A stretch of DNA of 64,000 nt from Candidatus Poribacteria bacterium (GCA_965116925.1 OZ220744.1:3584001-3648000), one strand, 5' to 3'. Counted from the first letter of the stretch, positions 18,273-28,491 are shown. Program-made: numbers and translations. The notes: a model not told the origin generated them from the letters alone.

Positions 18273-18403
18273 AAGGTGCCTCCTTCGGAATCTTCTTTCA
18301 ATCAGATGCATATTGTGTCATAATCTTGGGTTAGACAACAGTCTGACTTTCCAATGGCAGTGCACAGGTCTGTCTTCAGAACAACTATCAAAAAGGGGTT
18401 ATA

Positions 18404-19972
18404 ATGAACTCGCCGAAAAAAATTGGGATTATTGACCTTACCACCAATAGTAGGACCCGATCCATATACAAGCATATTCTCCACAGCAATTACGCAAGCG
18501 TTATGCCTCAAGCGATAGGTGTTTGGTGTGAAGAGGCCGGGCATGATGTTACACTCGTGTGCTACACCGGTTTTGGGAATGTGATTGAAGATTTGCCCGA
18601 CAATCTAGACGTAGCCTTCATTGGGACTTTCACGCAGGGCGCGCAACTTGCTTATGCGTTAAGCAACCGGCTTCGCTCAGAAGGCACTATCACCGTATTA
18701 GGCGGTCCCCACGCCCGTTGCTATCCAGAAGATGCACAGCAATACTTCGATTACGTTCTCGGCTTTACTGACAAGTCTGCGATTCAAGGGATCTTATCCG
18801 ATTGTTCACAATACCGGCCGATTGGGACATATATTTCAGCGAAACAACAACCAACGGCACTTCCTAGCGTCCGGGAACGTTGGCATTTTATTGAACCGAT
18901 ATTGCAAAAGGCACCATTGATAAAGGGGGTTCCAATGCTTGGGAGCATGGGCTGTCCGTACACCTGTGCTTTCTGCATTGACGCAACTATCCCCTATCGT
19001 CCTTTCGATTTTGATATCATCAAGGATGATCTCCGTTTTCTCTTGGATCAGTTCACACGACCTTTGGTTGGCTGGCATGACCCGAATTTTGGGATTCGAT
19101 TTGACGACTACATGGGGACAATTGAGGAAGCGATACCGCCGGACAGCATCACTTTTGTTGCCGAAAGCAGTCTATCGCTCTTGTCAGAACCTCATCTCAA
19201 ACGGCTCCAGCGAAACGGATTTAAGGCAATCCTACCCGGTATCGAGTCGTGGTATGACCTCGGCAATAAATCGAAGACAGGTTCGAGAGTCGGTCTCGAA
19301 AAAGTCCAGAAAATCTCTGACCAAGTCAATACCATCCTGAAGTATATCCCTTATGTACAAACTAACTTTGTATTTGGGCTTGACACCGATGAAGGTGCTG
19401 ACCCATTTGAACTGACCAAACAATTTGTGGATATGACACCCGGTGCGTATCCGTCCTATAATTTGCTGACTGCTTATGGAAGAGCCGCACCGCTCAATCT
19501 CGATTATCAACGCGCAAACCGCGTTATTCCGTTGCCATTTCACTTCCTGAACAACGATATGATGAACGTCAAACCAAACAATTACTCATGGACTGAATTC
19601 TACGAACACATGGTTGATTTAGGTAACCATACATTTTCGTGGAAAGCCATCGCCAATCGTTGCAAAGCAAATGATGAACCGCTTGCAGGAGGACTGACTG
19701 TGCCACGAGGTATGTCCACAAAACGCCATAAAATTGGGCGATACGCACAAGTGCTTCAACGGCTTGAGAGTGATTCCAAGTTCCGGGCTTATTTTGAACA
19801 GGAAACAACTGAGCTACCACAGTTTTATATCGATTGGATTCAAAAAGACCTCGGTCCCCTGTGGGAGTGGCTGCCAGATGGGGCACTGTATTACGATCCG
19901 AATGCCTACCTCAAATCGGAGCAAGCGAATGACACCGAAATTGTCAACTTAAAAGAGTTGGACCGTGAATAA
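18404..19972 (+). CDS. Cobalamin-binding radical SAM protein
   Basis: TVLGGPHA B12-domain motif; SMGCPYTCAFC; NFVFGLD. Confidence 0.9.
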   Translation: MNSPKKIGIIDLTTNSRTRSIYKHILHSNYASVMPQAIGVWCEEAGHDVTLVCYTGFGNVIEDLPDNLDVAFIGTFTQGAQLAYALSNRLRSEGTITVLGGPHARCYPEDAQQYFDYVLGFTDKSAIQGILSDCSQYRPIGTYISAKQQPTALPSVRERWHFIEPILQKAPLIKGVPMLGSMGCPYTCAFCIDATIPYRPFDFDIIKDDLRFLLDQFTRPLVGWHDPNFGIRFDDYMGTIEEAIPPDSITFVAESSLSLLSEPHLKRLQRNGFKAILPGIESWYDLGNKSKTGSRVGLEKVQKISDQVNTILKYIPYVQTNFVFGLDTDEGADPFELTKQFVDMTPGAYPSYNLLTAYGRAAPLNLDYQRANRVIPLPFHFLNNDMMNVKPNNYSWTEFYEHMVDLGNHTFSWKAIANRCKANDEPLAGGLTVPRGMSTKRHKIGRYAQVLQRLESDSKFRAYFEQETTELPQFYIDWIQKDLGPLWEWLPDGALYYDPNAYLKSEQANDTEIVNLKELDRE

Positions 19973-20053
19973 ACTCGCATCTACTGCCGCACGGAAACTC
20001 CGGGACGATGTAGATGTTTGAGGTTAAGCAACGGTACGCCCCTTGCTCGGTCT

Positions 20054-20178
20054 GCAATCCGATGCGTCCGGCTGACTTGAGAGAGATTATTGGCTGGACA
20101 CCTATACCAACGCTACAACGCATTAAAGATACCGACGTTGCGAATCGGCTCTTTGAGGCGATACGGAACCGTACATAA
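20054..20178 (+). pseudogene. Duplicated 3' fragment of the 17588-18028 gene
   Basis: NPMRPADLREIIGWTPIPTLQRIKDTDVANRLFEAIRNRT* versus NPIPPTDLRDIIGWTPLRTLQRIKDTDAADRLFEEIRNRI*. Confidence 0.75.
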
Positions 20179-20185
20179 AGGCAAT

Positions 20186-20276
20186 AGTTCATATCAAAAG
20201 AAAGTGCAAAATGCAAAGAGAAACCGAGTTTTTTCGGCAAAACTCGGTTTCTTTGCACTATTTCCTAATATGAGCC
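20186..20276. mobile_element. Approximately 91-bp MITE (GGYTCAT...ATGARCC family) with an 8-bp TSD, AAGGCAAT
   Basis: AAGGCAAT at 20178-20185 and 20277-20284; internal AGAAACCGAG/CTCGGTTTCT hairpin. Confidence 0.8.
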
Positions 20277-20370
20277 AAGGCAATAATCAGGGGTTAATAG
20301 ACGACTCAACCCGTATTCGTATTCCCCGCTTTGATATGAGTTTACTTGAATTGGAAAGGAGGGAGTAAAT

Positions 20371-21381
20371 ATGCTTCTTGGTGAAAGTCCTGCCATGCAA
20401 ATCATTCATACAACCATCGACCAACTCAGCAACCACAGCAAGATACCAGTTCTGATTACAGGTGAAACCGGTGTCGGTAAAGGATTGGTCGCCCAAGCTA
20501 TTCATTTTGGAGGGCCCCGGGCGTCAAAACCTTATGTGCCGGTCAACTGCGGTGCAACTCCCCTTACACTCTGGGAATCCAATTTTTTTGGCCATGTTCA
20601 AGGTGCTTTCACCGGAGCAGATGCAGATCATAAAGGCTATTTTGAAACAGCCGATGGCGGAACGCTATTTCTCGACGAAATTGGGGAAATGCCTATCGAA
20701 AGCCAAGTCAAACTCCTTCGCGTTCTGGACGATAATGTCATCACGCCGGTCGGTGCAACGGTGGGCAAAACGGCGGATATCCGGGTGATAGCAGCCACCA
20801 ACGCGGACCTCCAAGCGAAGGTGGAGGCAGGGCTATTTCGGTCAGATCTCTACAACCGCTTGGATGGCATGGAGATTTGGATCCCACCGTTACGTGAGCG
20901 AACAGAGGATATCCCCTCCATTGCCGAGTTCTACTTGAGTCAGTTTACAAGTCAAATGAGAGTGTCAACTCCATCATTGACACCTGAAGCCTCGGCGGCT
21001 TTGGAGACATACCCCTTCCCGGGTAACGTGCGTGAACTGATACACATCATCGAACGTGCCGTGATTGAAAGCAACGGTGAAGATATTCAACCCCAATACC
21101 TGCATTTTCGGTCTTCTCACGTTGGCACCCCTTCCTCTCTAGTAACAGAGAATGATGAAGCCAGTCCGTTGAATACCACTAATTCTGCACCCCACCCGGA
21201 CGATGAGGCAGAAATGAGTGATGACACCCTCTTACCGTTGGAAGAGGCGTTGGCGCGTTATGAAGGACAGTATCTCTGTCAAGCATTAGAGCAGACAGGT
21301 GGAAATAGGACAGAAGCAGCGCGCCTCCTAAATATATCCCGCCGAACTTTTCAGCGCAAATTAGCCAAGTACAATCTGTAA
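20371..21381 (+). CDS. Sigma-54-dependent Fis-family activator lacking an N-terminal regulatory domain
   Basis: GETGVGKG Walker A, GAFTGA, LFLDEIGEM Walker B, FPGNVREL, C-terminal HTH GNRTEAARLLNISRRT. Confidence 0.95.
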   Translation: MLLGESPAMQIIHTTIDQLSNHSKIPVLITGETGVGKGLVAQAIHFGGPRASKPYVPVNCGATPLTLWESNFFGHVQGAFTGADADHKGYFETADGGTLFLDEIGEMPIESQVKLLRVLDDNVITPVGATVGKTADIRVIAATNADLQAKVEAGLFRSDLYNRLDGMEIWIPPLRERTEDIPSIAEFYLSQFTSQMRVSTPSLTPEASAALETYPFPGNVRELIHIIERAVIESNGEDIQPQYLHFRSSHVGTPSSLVTENDEASPLNTTNSAPHPDDEAEMSDDTLLPLEEALARYEGQYLCQALEQTGGNRTEAARLLNISRRTFQRKLAKYNL

Positions 21382-21390
21382 GCGAAGGTT

Positions 21391-21448
21391 GTGCCATATT
21401 TGACGCAACACGTGCCATCAGTGGCACAACTTGTGCCATCAATGGCAC
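21391..21448. promoter_or_regulatory. Three phased palindromic upstream activator sites, GTGCCA-N4-TGGCAC
   Basis: Sites start at 21391 (imperfect), 21412 and 21433, exactly 21 bp apart. Confidence 0.75.
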
Positions 21449-21594
21449 ACCTCCCCTCCTGAATACGATTCTTGTATTCCCCCTTAACAAAAAAATAAAG
21501 AATATGTGGAGGTCGCCTGGATTCAGTCACTGTAAGGATTTCAAACGTCCCGTTGCGGCATGTCCACAGAAAAAATAACGCTCAAAAGGAAAGG

Positions 21595-21610
21595 TGGCAC
21601 AAGAATTGCT
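21595..21610 (+). promoter_or_regulatory. Sigma-54 (-24/-12) promoter
   Basis: TGGCACAAGAATTGCT fits TGGCAC-N5-TTGC(T/A) exactly; lies downstream of the activator gene and activator sites. Confidence 0.85.
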
Positions 21611-21803
21611 CGTTTATGCGTAGACGGTCTTGGGCGATAAACAGACCGCAGGCTAAATCGCTCGAACTAAAAATGACTAAACCTTTGGGCGATTTACTGA
21701 TATTATTTGTTGTGAGATAGACAAAGCATTTTTTCGTTTCTTGTCAATAAACTTGTCATCAGTCGTTAGAACTCGGAGATTCGCATCGAAGGGGGCTATT
21801 CTG

Positions 21804-23843
21804 ATGAACCGTAGCGTTTCGTATCTATTATGTCAAATCGGTTTCCTCGTTATACTTGGATATTCGTTGCCTTGTACGCAAGCCATCGCAGATTCCTCAT
21901 CTACACTGACGCTGATCTATTCTGGTGAGGAACGAGGATTGCTTAGGCTACACGGCTGCGGTGCTGAACAGGTTGGCGGATTAGCCCGCCGCCATACGGT
22001 AATTAAGTCACTCCGTGAGGAACATCCACATGCCCTAAATCTGCACACAGGTAACATTCTCAATTCCACCAACCCCAACAATGAACTCATATACCAGATT
22101 GCCCTCGAAGCGTTGAGTGGGATGGATTACAATGCGCTCTGTCTTGGTCCTCAGGATCTGTCCCTCTCGACAGACACGCTCTCTGCACTCTACGGGAATC
22201 ATCCCGACCTACCTGTTATCTGCACCAATCTCTCCATTTCCTCTCCGAATCCATTTGCACCTTATATCATTCACAATACAACCGCACAGATAAAAGTCGC
22301 TGTCATTAACTTAATATCCCAGTCATACCAAGCGGAAATTACCGCCTATAACCCCAGTATTACTCTATCCGATCCGACAGAAGCACTGGAGGCTTTGTCA
22401 AAAGAAATCATAGGAAAGAGCGACGTGGTCATGGGGGTGTTTCACGGAGGGGAAGATGAGGCGCATATACTCGCTGAAAAAGCCTCATGGCTGTCTGTTC
22501 TAATCCATGCTCAGGATGAATCCTCGGAAGTCGCCTTGGATAGTCCGATTGTGGTGGGAAATACGACGATTGTCACTAACCCTGCTAAAGGTGAAGCGGT
22601 TGGTGTTTTGGAGATTGGAATTGCCTCCGATCTGCAAGTGATTTCAAGACAGAATCAGCACCTCTCGGTCTCAGAACGGGTTACACCCAACGCCGACCTT
22701 GAAATGCTCTTGGCATTCTACGATGATTTGACCGAGGATAGCGGATTTGACCATCAAGAGAGCTCACCGGATGATCGTGCCATCTATATCACCTACTTCC
22801 ACAAACGCGGGTGTCAAAAATGTGCGAGGGCCAGTACGATTCTGAAAGAACTGAAAACCAAATATCCGCAGATTGTCGTTGAATTGAAGTATGCCAAAGA
22901 GAGCCGAGAACTGCTTGAAGCGATGGGGGCTCTCTACGAGGTTCCCGAAGTGAAACGGCTCACCACACCTGCGGTGTTCATCGGCGATGAGTATCTGTTA
23001 GACGAACTTGATGAAAAACGTTTGGAAACGGTTATCCAGAAATACTTGCAGACAGGGGTTGCGTCTCGTCTGCCCCAAGCGGAAGCCAAGGCTGGGGAAG
23101 CTTCAGACGGAATCGTCCAACGCTTTAACGCCTTCGGCACGTTGGCTGTCGCAGGCGCGGGGTTGCTTGATGGGATCAATCCGTGTGCCTTTGCCACTAT
23201 CGTGTTCTTCATCTCCTACATGAGCCTTGTTGGGAGAGGAAGGAAAGAGATGCTCGTCGCTGGAGGTGCATTCGCCGCAGCCGTGTTTGTGACGTACCTG
23301 CTGTTAGGGCTGGGACTGCTCAAATTCCTCTCCTTCCTCAACGAGTTTTCGCTGGTTGCCAAGTGCGTCTATCTACTTGCCGCGATTGGGACGTTTGCAT
23401 TGGCGTTTTTGAGCCTGTACGATGCCTATAAAGCAAAACAGGGGAAGGTTAAAGAGATTACATTGCAGTTGCCCAAGTCGTTGAAGCAGCGGATTCACAA
23501 GGTTATCCGTGAGCAGACGCGGACATCAGGGGTGATCATCGGTGCGTTGGTCATGGGGTTCGCAATCTCTGCGCTGGAGTTGGTCTGTACAGGTCAGGTT
23601 TATTTGCCGACAATTACGTTTGTCATGGGTGTCGAGGGGATGCGGGGCCATGCCTTAGCGTACCTGATTCTGTATAATCTGATGTTCATCGTGCCACTAT
23701 TGGTGGTGTTCGGGTTTGTGTATTGGGGAACGACTTCAATGCAACTCGGTGGTGTGCTGCAACGGCATCTGATGCCGGTGAAGTTGGGAACAGGAGTGCT
23801 GTTGTTTGGATTGGGAACTTGGTTGTTCTTGAACATTCTTTGA
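21804..23843 (+). CDS. Fusion of an exported UshA/5'-nucleotidase-like domain, a thioredoxin-like CxxC domain and a CcdA/DsbD membrane domain
   Basis: HGCG...GGLARR, MDYNALCLGPQD; CQKC...TPAVFIG; DGINPCAF...ELVCTGQVY with about 6 TM helices. Confidence 0.85.
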   Translation: MNRSVSYLLCQIGFLVILGYSLPCTQAIADSSSTLTLIYSGEERGLLRLHGCGAEQVGGLARRHTVIKSLREEHPHALNLHTGNILNSTNPNNELIYQIALEALSGMDYNALCLGPQDLSLSTDTLSALYGNHPDLPVICTNLSISSPNPFAPYIIHNTTAQIKVAVINLISQSYQAEITAYNPSITLSDPTEALEALSKEIIGKSDVVMGVFHGGEDEAHILAEKASWLSVLIHAQDESSEVALDSPIVVGNTTIVTNPAKGEAVGVLEIGIASDLQVISRQNQHLSVSERVTPNADLEMLLAFYDDLTEDSGFDHQESSPDDRAIYITYFHKRGCQKCARASTILKELKTKYPQIVVELKYAKESRELLEAMGALYEVPEVKRLTTPAVFIGDEYLLDELDEKRLETVIQKYLQTGVASRLPQAEAKAGEASDGIVQRFNAFGTLAVAGAGLLDGINPCAFATIVFFISYMSLVGRGRKEMLVAGGAFAAAVFVTYLLLGLGLLKFLSFLNEFSLVAKCVYLLAAIGTFALAFLSLYDAYKAKQGKVKEITLQLPKSLKQRIHKVIREQTRTSGVIIGALVMGFAISALELVCTGQVYLPTITFVMGVEGMRGHALAYLILYNLMFIVPLLVVFGFVYWGTTSMQLGGVLQRHLMPVKLGTGVLLFGLGTWLFLNIL

Positions 23844-23928
23844 AAGATTTGAAAGTTGATTCTAACGTGTTGCTGATGAAAAGTGTAGTAGACTCATTTT
23901 CCCTAACCTGTATATAGGGGACACAATC

Positions 23929-24510
23929 ATGTTTAATTTCGGTTTTAATCGAGGGTTAGCGAGTGTGTGCTTTGTTGTAACTATCGTTTGTATTTTACTG
24001 GTTATCATTGGGGTTCACCCGATTGGCAGCCAAAACGCTCAGACTCAAGGCAGTGCTGGTGAATCTAATGTTCCCTCTCGTGTGAAGGAAATGCTGGAAA
24101 AGGAGAGCGTAGCAATAGCGAATCCGAAAGATGGTGAAGGGCTTCCCAGCGAACGGTTACCACAACTCCAAGAGATGCGAGATAAGAGGGAAATGGAAGG
24201 GAAACCATCAGCAGCGAATTTTTATCGTGTCATTGTTACCAATAATCTGTTCCGTCCACTTGGGCATAGAAAACCGAAGCAAGGTCCCTCGTTTCAATTG
24301 ATCGCTACCGTCATTGACAGCGAGAATGGAAAAAGTAGGGCACTTGTCCAAAACAGTAAAGATCGAAAAATTCACTATGTCACAGTTGGGGAAGCGTTCG
24401 CCGGTGCTAAAGTTAAACAGATAGAACCGAACCGCATAACACTGTTGCTAGAGGGAGAATCAAAGGAGTTTCATCTTCCACAAGGAGCTTTATTGGGCCC
24501 AATGTACTGA
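23929..24510 (+). CDS. GspC/PilP-like membrane-anchored protein
   Basis: N-terminal TM; NNLFRP...FQLIATV...ALV...VTVGEAFAGAKVKQIEPNRITL. Confidence 0.7.
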   Translation: MFNFGFNRGLASVCFVVTIVCILLVIIGVHPIGSQNAQTQGSAGESNVPSRVKEMLEKESVAIANPKDGEGLPSERLPQLQEMRDKREMEGKPSAANFYRVIVTNNLFRPLGHRKPKQGPSFQLIATVIDSENGKSRALVQNSKDRKIHYVTVGEAFAGAKVKQIEPNRITLLLEGESKEFHLPQGALLGPMY

Positions 24511-24639
24511 AATCAATGAAACAAGCAGAATGCTACACCAGCATCAGGCGTAGTGAAGTTGGTTATGGCAGTCCTGTTGCCGGGATTGGGAATCTGGTTG
24601 CTGTTAGGTGTGACACGAAAATTTTGTAAGGAGATAATC

Positions 24640-25362
24640 ATGAACTGGTCGAAAAGATTTTTAATTTTCAGTTTGTTTGTTTTGGGAATCTCAGTAATTT
24701 ACTTTGTTGTAACCTCGTATCGGTTGCCTCACCTTGTTGAGCAGGAAGTAGGGTTAGCACCGCATGAGGAAGAGGGGATTGAGATGTCTTACATTCACAA
24801 TCGGCATGTCTTTTCAGCGAAAACTGATCAATCAAATGAAGAAAGTTTTGCGGTTGAAAATGAGGACGATTCCAAAACAGCCAGCGATGGATCCGTGGAT
24901 TCGATGCTAGACGAATTAGCTGACGATTTTGAGTTAGAACCAGTGAGCGAGAATCTCGCCGATGCGTTGTCCCCTGAAATCAAACTCAAAGCAGAGCGTT
25001 ATGCGAAGTTGGCAGAGATGCTCCCCGTTATCGAAGAATTAAGAGATCGAAAATTTAAACTCACCAAACAATATGAAAAATATATCGAAGAACACTACCG
25101 GAGACTCCGCCTTCAGGGGGGACCGTATCCAGAACCTGATCCAGCTGTTGAAGAAGAGTATCAAGCTGCAGTGAAAGTCATCGATAAAGAGGTATCTGAT
25201 TACAATAGGCAGATAGATAATATGTTCCCGGAACTCGACATCACTTATGAGGAACTAGGGATAGATTATATATTTGTTTTCCGTAAAGATCAGGTACTCC
25301 GGGAGTATTTCGGCAAAAAATTACCGTTTGATGGGAATTCGGATTACTTTTCGGCTGACTAA
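24640..25362 (+). CDS. Hypothetical membrane-anchored acidic protein
   Basis: RBS AAGGAG before ATG 24640; N-terminal hydrophobic helix. Confidence 0.7.
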   Translation: MNWSKRFLIFSLFVLGISVIYFVVTSYRLPHLVEQEVGLAPHEEEGIEMSYIHNRHVFSAKTDQSNEESFAVENEDDSKTASDGSVDSMLDELADDFELEPVSENLADALSPEIKLKAERYAKLAEMLPVIEELRDRKFKLTKQYEKYIEEHYRRLRLQGGPYPEPDPAVEEEYQAAVKVIDKEVSDYNRQIDNMFPELDITYEELGIDYIFVFRKDQVLREYFGKKLPFDGNSDYFSAD

Positions 25363-25405
25363 ACTCGTGGAAATAAGCCATTAGCCGCATACAATGGAGG
25401 TCTCA

Positions 25406-26638
25406 ATGAAAAACATACCGCGTACAACCGAGACTTCACAATCTCGGCAAAAGCCAATCCGAAACCACCACCTTCGGCTTTACATTATTTTATCCCTTGT
25501 GGTGCATCTGTTAGCTGTTATCACGTTTCTTGCGCTGAAAAAGCCTGTCGTCGAACAGGTGGAGGGAGGTTTCACTGTTACCCTTTCAACAATCAAACAA
25601 CCCGCGTTGAAACGCACATCAATCTCACACAAACCTCTCGGCCCGATTCACTCCCAAAAAACGTTAGCAGATGCTGGGTTTCAGAGAACACCTTCCCAAT
25701 TACATCAGGATTCTGGGCAACCTGCGATTCATTCCGTTTCTTTATCCCTTCAGTCCTTCTCTGATGATTCCCCGCCGATGGTAAGTATGGAAAACGCTGA
25801 AGGCTTTGGAGGCACGGTTGGTAACACCGCCGAAGGAGGATTAGAGGCCAGCAACGGCAGAGGTATTGGAGCTCCTTCCGTATCAAGCGAAGAAACAATG
25901 GACACGGAAAACACCTTGTCCAATTACACCGGGGGACTTCAATCTCCGATGGATAAGGAGAAATCAACGCGAGTGGTTACCCGTGTTGACTCGATTGATT
26001 CGGATCGGATTCAATCCCCAACATTAACGCGTAACCGTTCAAATCAGGTTGATGTTGTATTTATCATCTCCTGTAGAGAGGAAATGCGCCCCTACATCAA
26101 CGACGTAGTAGCATTTGTTAAGCGTAAGATTCAGCGATACAGGGCATCAGCCAAAGATTACCGGATAGGTATCATCACCTCTGACATTGAAGCTTGTGAG
26201 GGACCTCAATCCATCAGATACTTTCCGTTGAGCGACCATTTTGATAAAGCCCTTGAAGTGCTAGACCGTGTCCAACTTCGACCATTCTATATGGATATTC
26301 AACTGAATGCGATTCAGTACGCACTTGAACGGTGTGCGTTTCGTCCAGATGCCCAGCGTCAGCTCGTCGTCTTTGGTAATGATATTCCGATATGCGGTGG
26401 ATATTCCCCTCTATCCGTTATTGAACGGTGCCGTGAGCTTGGGGTTGTTCTCAATATTCATGGCGCGGATGCAGAGGTGGGCCCTCTTTTGGCATCGCAG
26501 ACGGGAGGCAAATGGGTTCAGGCTTTTGAGAATCCACACGACATGACACAGCTAGAACCGCCAAACTGGACCCCCTATTGGAAACTCCAAATCACCCTCA
26601 ACGATGTGATTGAACAGCGGATCTATGTGCCAGAATAA
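25406..26638 (+). CDS. TonB-like anchor (SLVVH), low-complexity linker and vWA domain, copy 1
   Basis: ILSLVVHLL; VDVVFIISCREEM...FRPDAQRQLVVFGND...LASQTGG; RBS GGAGG. Confidence 0.8.
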   Translation: MKNIPRTTETSQSRQKPIRNHHLRLYIILSLVVHLLAVITFLALKKPVVEQVEGGFTVTLSTIKQPALKRTSISHKPLGPIHSQKTLADAGFQRTPSQLHQDSGQPAIHSVSLSLQSFSDDSPPMVSMENAEGFGGTVGNTAEGGLEASNGRGIGAPSVSSEETMDTENTLSNYTGGLQSPMDKEKSTRVVTRVDSIDSDRIQSPTLTRNRSNQVDVVFIISCREEMRPYINDVVAFVKRKIQRYRASAKDYRIGIITSDIEACEGPQSIRYFPLSDHFDKALEVLDRVQLRPFYMDIQLNAIQYALERCAFRPDAQRQLVVFGNDIPICGGYSPLSVIERCRELGVVLNIHGADAEVGPLLASQTGGKWVQAFENPHDMTQLEPPNWTPYWKLQITLNDVIEQRIYVPE

Positions 26639-26655
26639 GCAAGGAGGCAAGTCCA

Positions 26656-27936
26656 ATGAAATGCAATTTTTCCCCGTTTTTAATGTTTTTCCTTGTGTTC
26701 GTCGGTTGTAGTCCATCTATGCTTAAGGTTGAACGAGCGATTGCGCCGGGGACTTTGACTGTGATTCAACTCTCGGATAACGGCTCTATAGAACAAACTC
26801 TTGACCAACTATCACTGACCGAGACGGTGGCGGGACCTTCTGACATCGTTGTTCGGGACGGGCGTGCTTATATCGCTACTTATAAACAGTTCTTGATAGC
26901 GGAAAGTAACGTTAATGGCAAGCTGCGCCTACTGTCTTCGCTCCCACTCCCCGGTTACGATACCGCCCTTGCCTTGCATTCAACAGCTACAATCGCCTAC
27001 GTCACCAATACAGAAGGCTTACTGGTCCTAGATGTCAGTGACCCAACCCAACCGAAACAGATCGCACATTTAAAGCTAGCTGCCGAACTGGCAAAACTCA
27101 ATCTTCCAAACCTGCTCAAAGGTCCGACTGGAACCGATATCGGGTGTGAGGACAATAAACTGGTCTTGACGTTGCAGGGGGAAGGTGAAAGTCTAAACAC
27201 AGCCCTTACCATTATTCCAAGCCGTCCAGGCATCGCTGTAGTGTTCGACGTAGAAAAACCACACTCACCCCGGATTGAACGGGTATTGGGCCCTTTACCC
27301 GGTGCAGCCGCCGTAGAGATGGGGCTTTACTGTTATCAAGTCTTTGTTGTTGGGGAGGAACTAGTAGAATACCGAAACCTTACGCGAGTCCCGGGGCCCG
27401 GGGGCGGAATCTGGATTAAATCTGACAAATATGTCGGAGGAACAGGTATCCCAGGCGATGTTGTTGAGATGAAATTTGTGATGGGCTCACGCGACGATTG
27501 GGAAGCGGGGAAAGCAGCGGATACCATCAAGCAGTATCGCCTCGCCAATCCTCAAGAACGCCGTAAACTTGAGGCACTCACATCGTTGGATCAGGGAGTT
27601 GTCTTTATAGCTACAGAACATGCCGTGGTCTCAATGAGCACAAGACATAAGGGACTTACATGGAGACTTAGGAATAACCGTACAGCTTCTGATCGCTTTG
27701 CTCACCTCCACGGGATAGATGCCTATGGATATTTCGCGGTGTACATAGCAGCAGGGACAGAAGGTGTCTATGCCTTGAAATGGGATGGAGAGGTCGAATT
27801 TAGGAAGCGGAATCATCTCAAAACCCTACGGGCTCCTACCTTGGACGTTGCGGTTTCAGGGGACAAGCTCTATGTGTTGTGTGGTGAACCGAATCTAAGA
27901 AATGTGCAACATAATGAGGACTTAATCTCGAATTAG
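26656..27936 (+). CDS. LVIVD-repeat/beta-propeller lipoprotein, copy 1
   Basis: Lipobox FVGC; DIVVRDGRAYIA, GLLVLDVSDPTQP, DVAVSGDKLYV. Confidence 0.8.
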   Translation: MKCNFSPFLMFFLVFVGCSPSMLKVERAIAPGTLTVIQLSDNGSIEQTLDQLSLTETVAGPSDIVVRDGRAYIATYKQFLIAESNVNGKLRLLSSLPLPGYDTALALHSTATIAYVTNTEGLLVLDVSDPTQPKQIAHLKLAAELAKLNLPNLLKGPTGTDIGCEDNKLVLTLQGEGESLNTALTIIPSRPGIAVVFDVEKPHSPRIERVLGPLPGAAAVEMGLYCYQVFVVGEELVEYRNLTRVPGPGGGIWIKSDKYVGGTGIPGDVVEMKFVMGSRDDWEAGKAADTIKQYRLANPQERRKLEALTSLDQGVVFIATEHAVVSMSTRHKGLTWRLRNNRTASDRFAHLHGIDAYGYFAVYIAAGTEGVYALKWDGEVEFRKRNHLKTLRAPTLDVAVSGDKLYVLCGEPNLRNVQHNEDLISN

Positions 27937-28077
27937 GGAGAGGTGTTTGGTCAATCACTAGGCCTCCATTCACACCAATCTGAATGAAGGCCGAACGATT
28001 TCGACATTGCTTGAAGCGGATTATCAATTTGGACCACCCGTTTCAAGCGAAATTCCTATTGAAAGGGGGTGAGAAAA

Positions 28078-28491
28078 ATGAGAAGCATGATGCTTGCCGG
28101 GATTATCCTTGTGGCTCTCGTCGTGGTGGCTGTCAACCTACTAGCCGATCCACAAACGTTGAATGCGAGTCAGATGCAGACAATGTACGGTGGAATATGC
28201 TATAGCAAATCGGAAGTCTTTACCGAGGGTTGTGCGCCTACATGGACCTGTTCTTCCAGTAAAAAGACAGGGAAAACCGATCACACGAATTTGGGGACTC
28301 AGAAGATCAATTACACGACGAGTGGATATAGTTCCTATGAATCTCGTACCAAAGATCACACGTGCAAGGTAACCTCGTTCGATGATTGGAGCAACTCCAA
28401 GCCAACGTGTTCACAAAGGAAGAGACCGTCTACTTATTGGAGGGGCCCGAAGTATACGATGCGCGGCAGTGGTTGTAATGACTATAATTAA
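28078..28491 (+). CDS. Secreted Cys-rich protein with a Sec signal followed by a double-glycine leader
   Basis: Hydrophobic signal at aa 1-23, then QTLNASQMQTMYGG|IC; 6 Cys in a 98-aa Ser/Thr/Lys-rich mature part; RBS AAAGGGGGTG. Confidence 0.8.
   Translation: MRSMMLAGIILVALVVVAVNLLADPQTLNASQMQTMYGGICYSKSEVFTEGCAPTWTCSSSKKTGKTDHTNLGTQKINYTTSGYSSYESRTKDHTCKVTSFDDWSNSKPTCSQRKRPSTYWRGPKYTMRGSGCNDYN

Noticed and set aside
18404..19972. B12-radical SAM as a tailoring enzyme of the 1554-7392 RiPP cluster
   Set aside because: It is 11 kb away, on the opposite strand, and separated by unrelated genes; no linking evidence
21804..23843. Selenocysteine in the UshA-like domains (also 31067-32392)
   Set aside because: Both frames are open with no in-frame TGA; the first has HGCG and the second has no Cys in that loop
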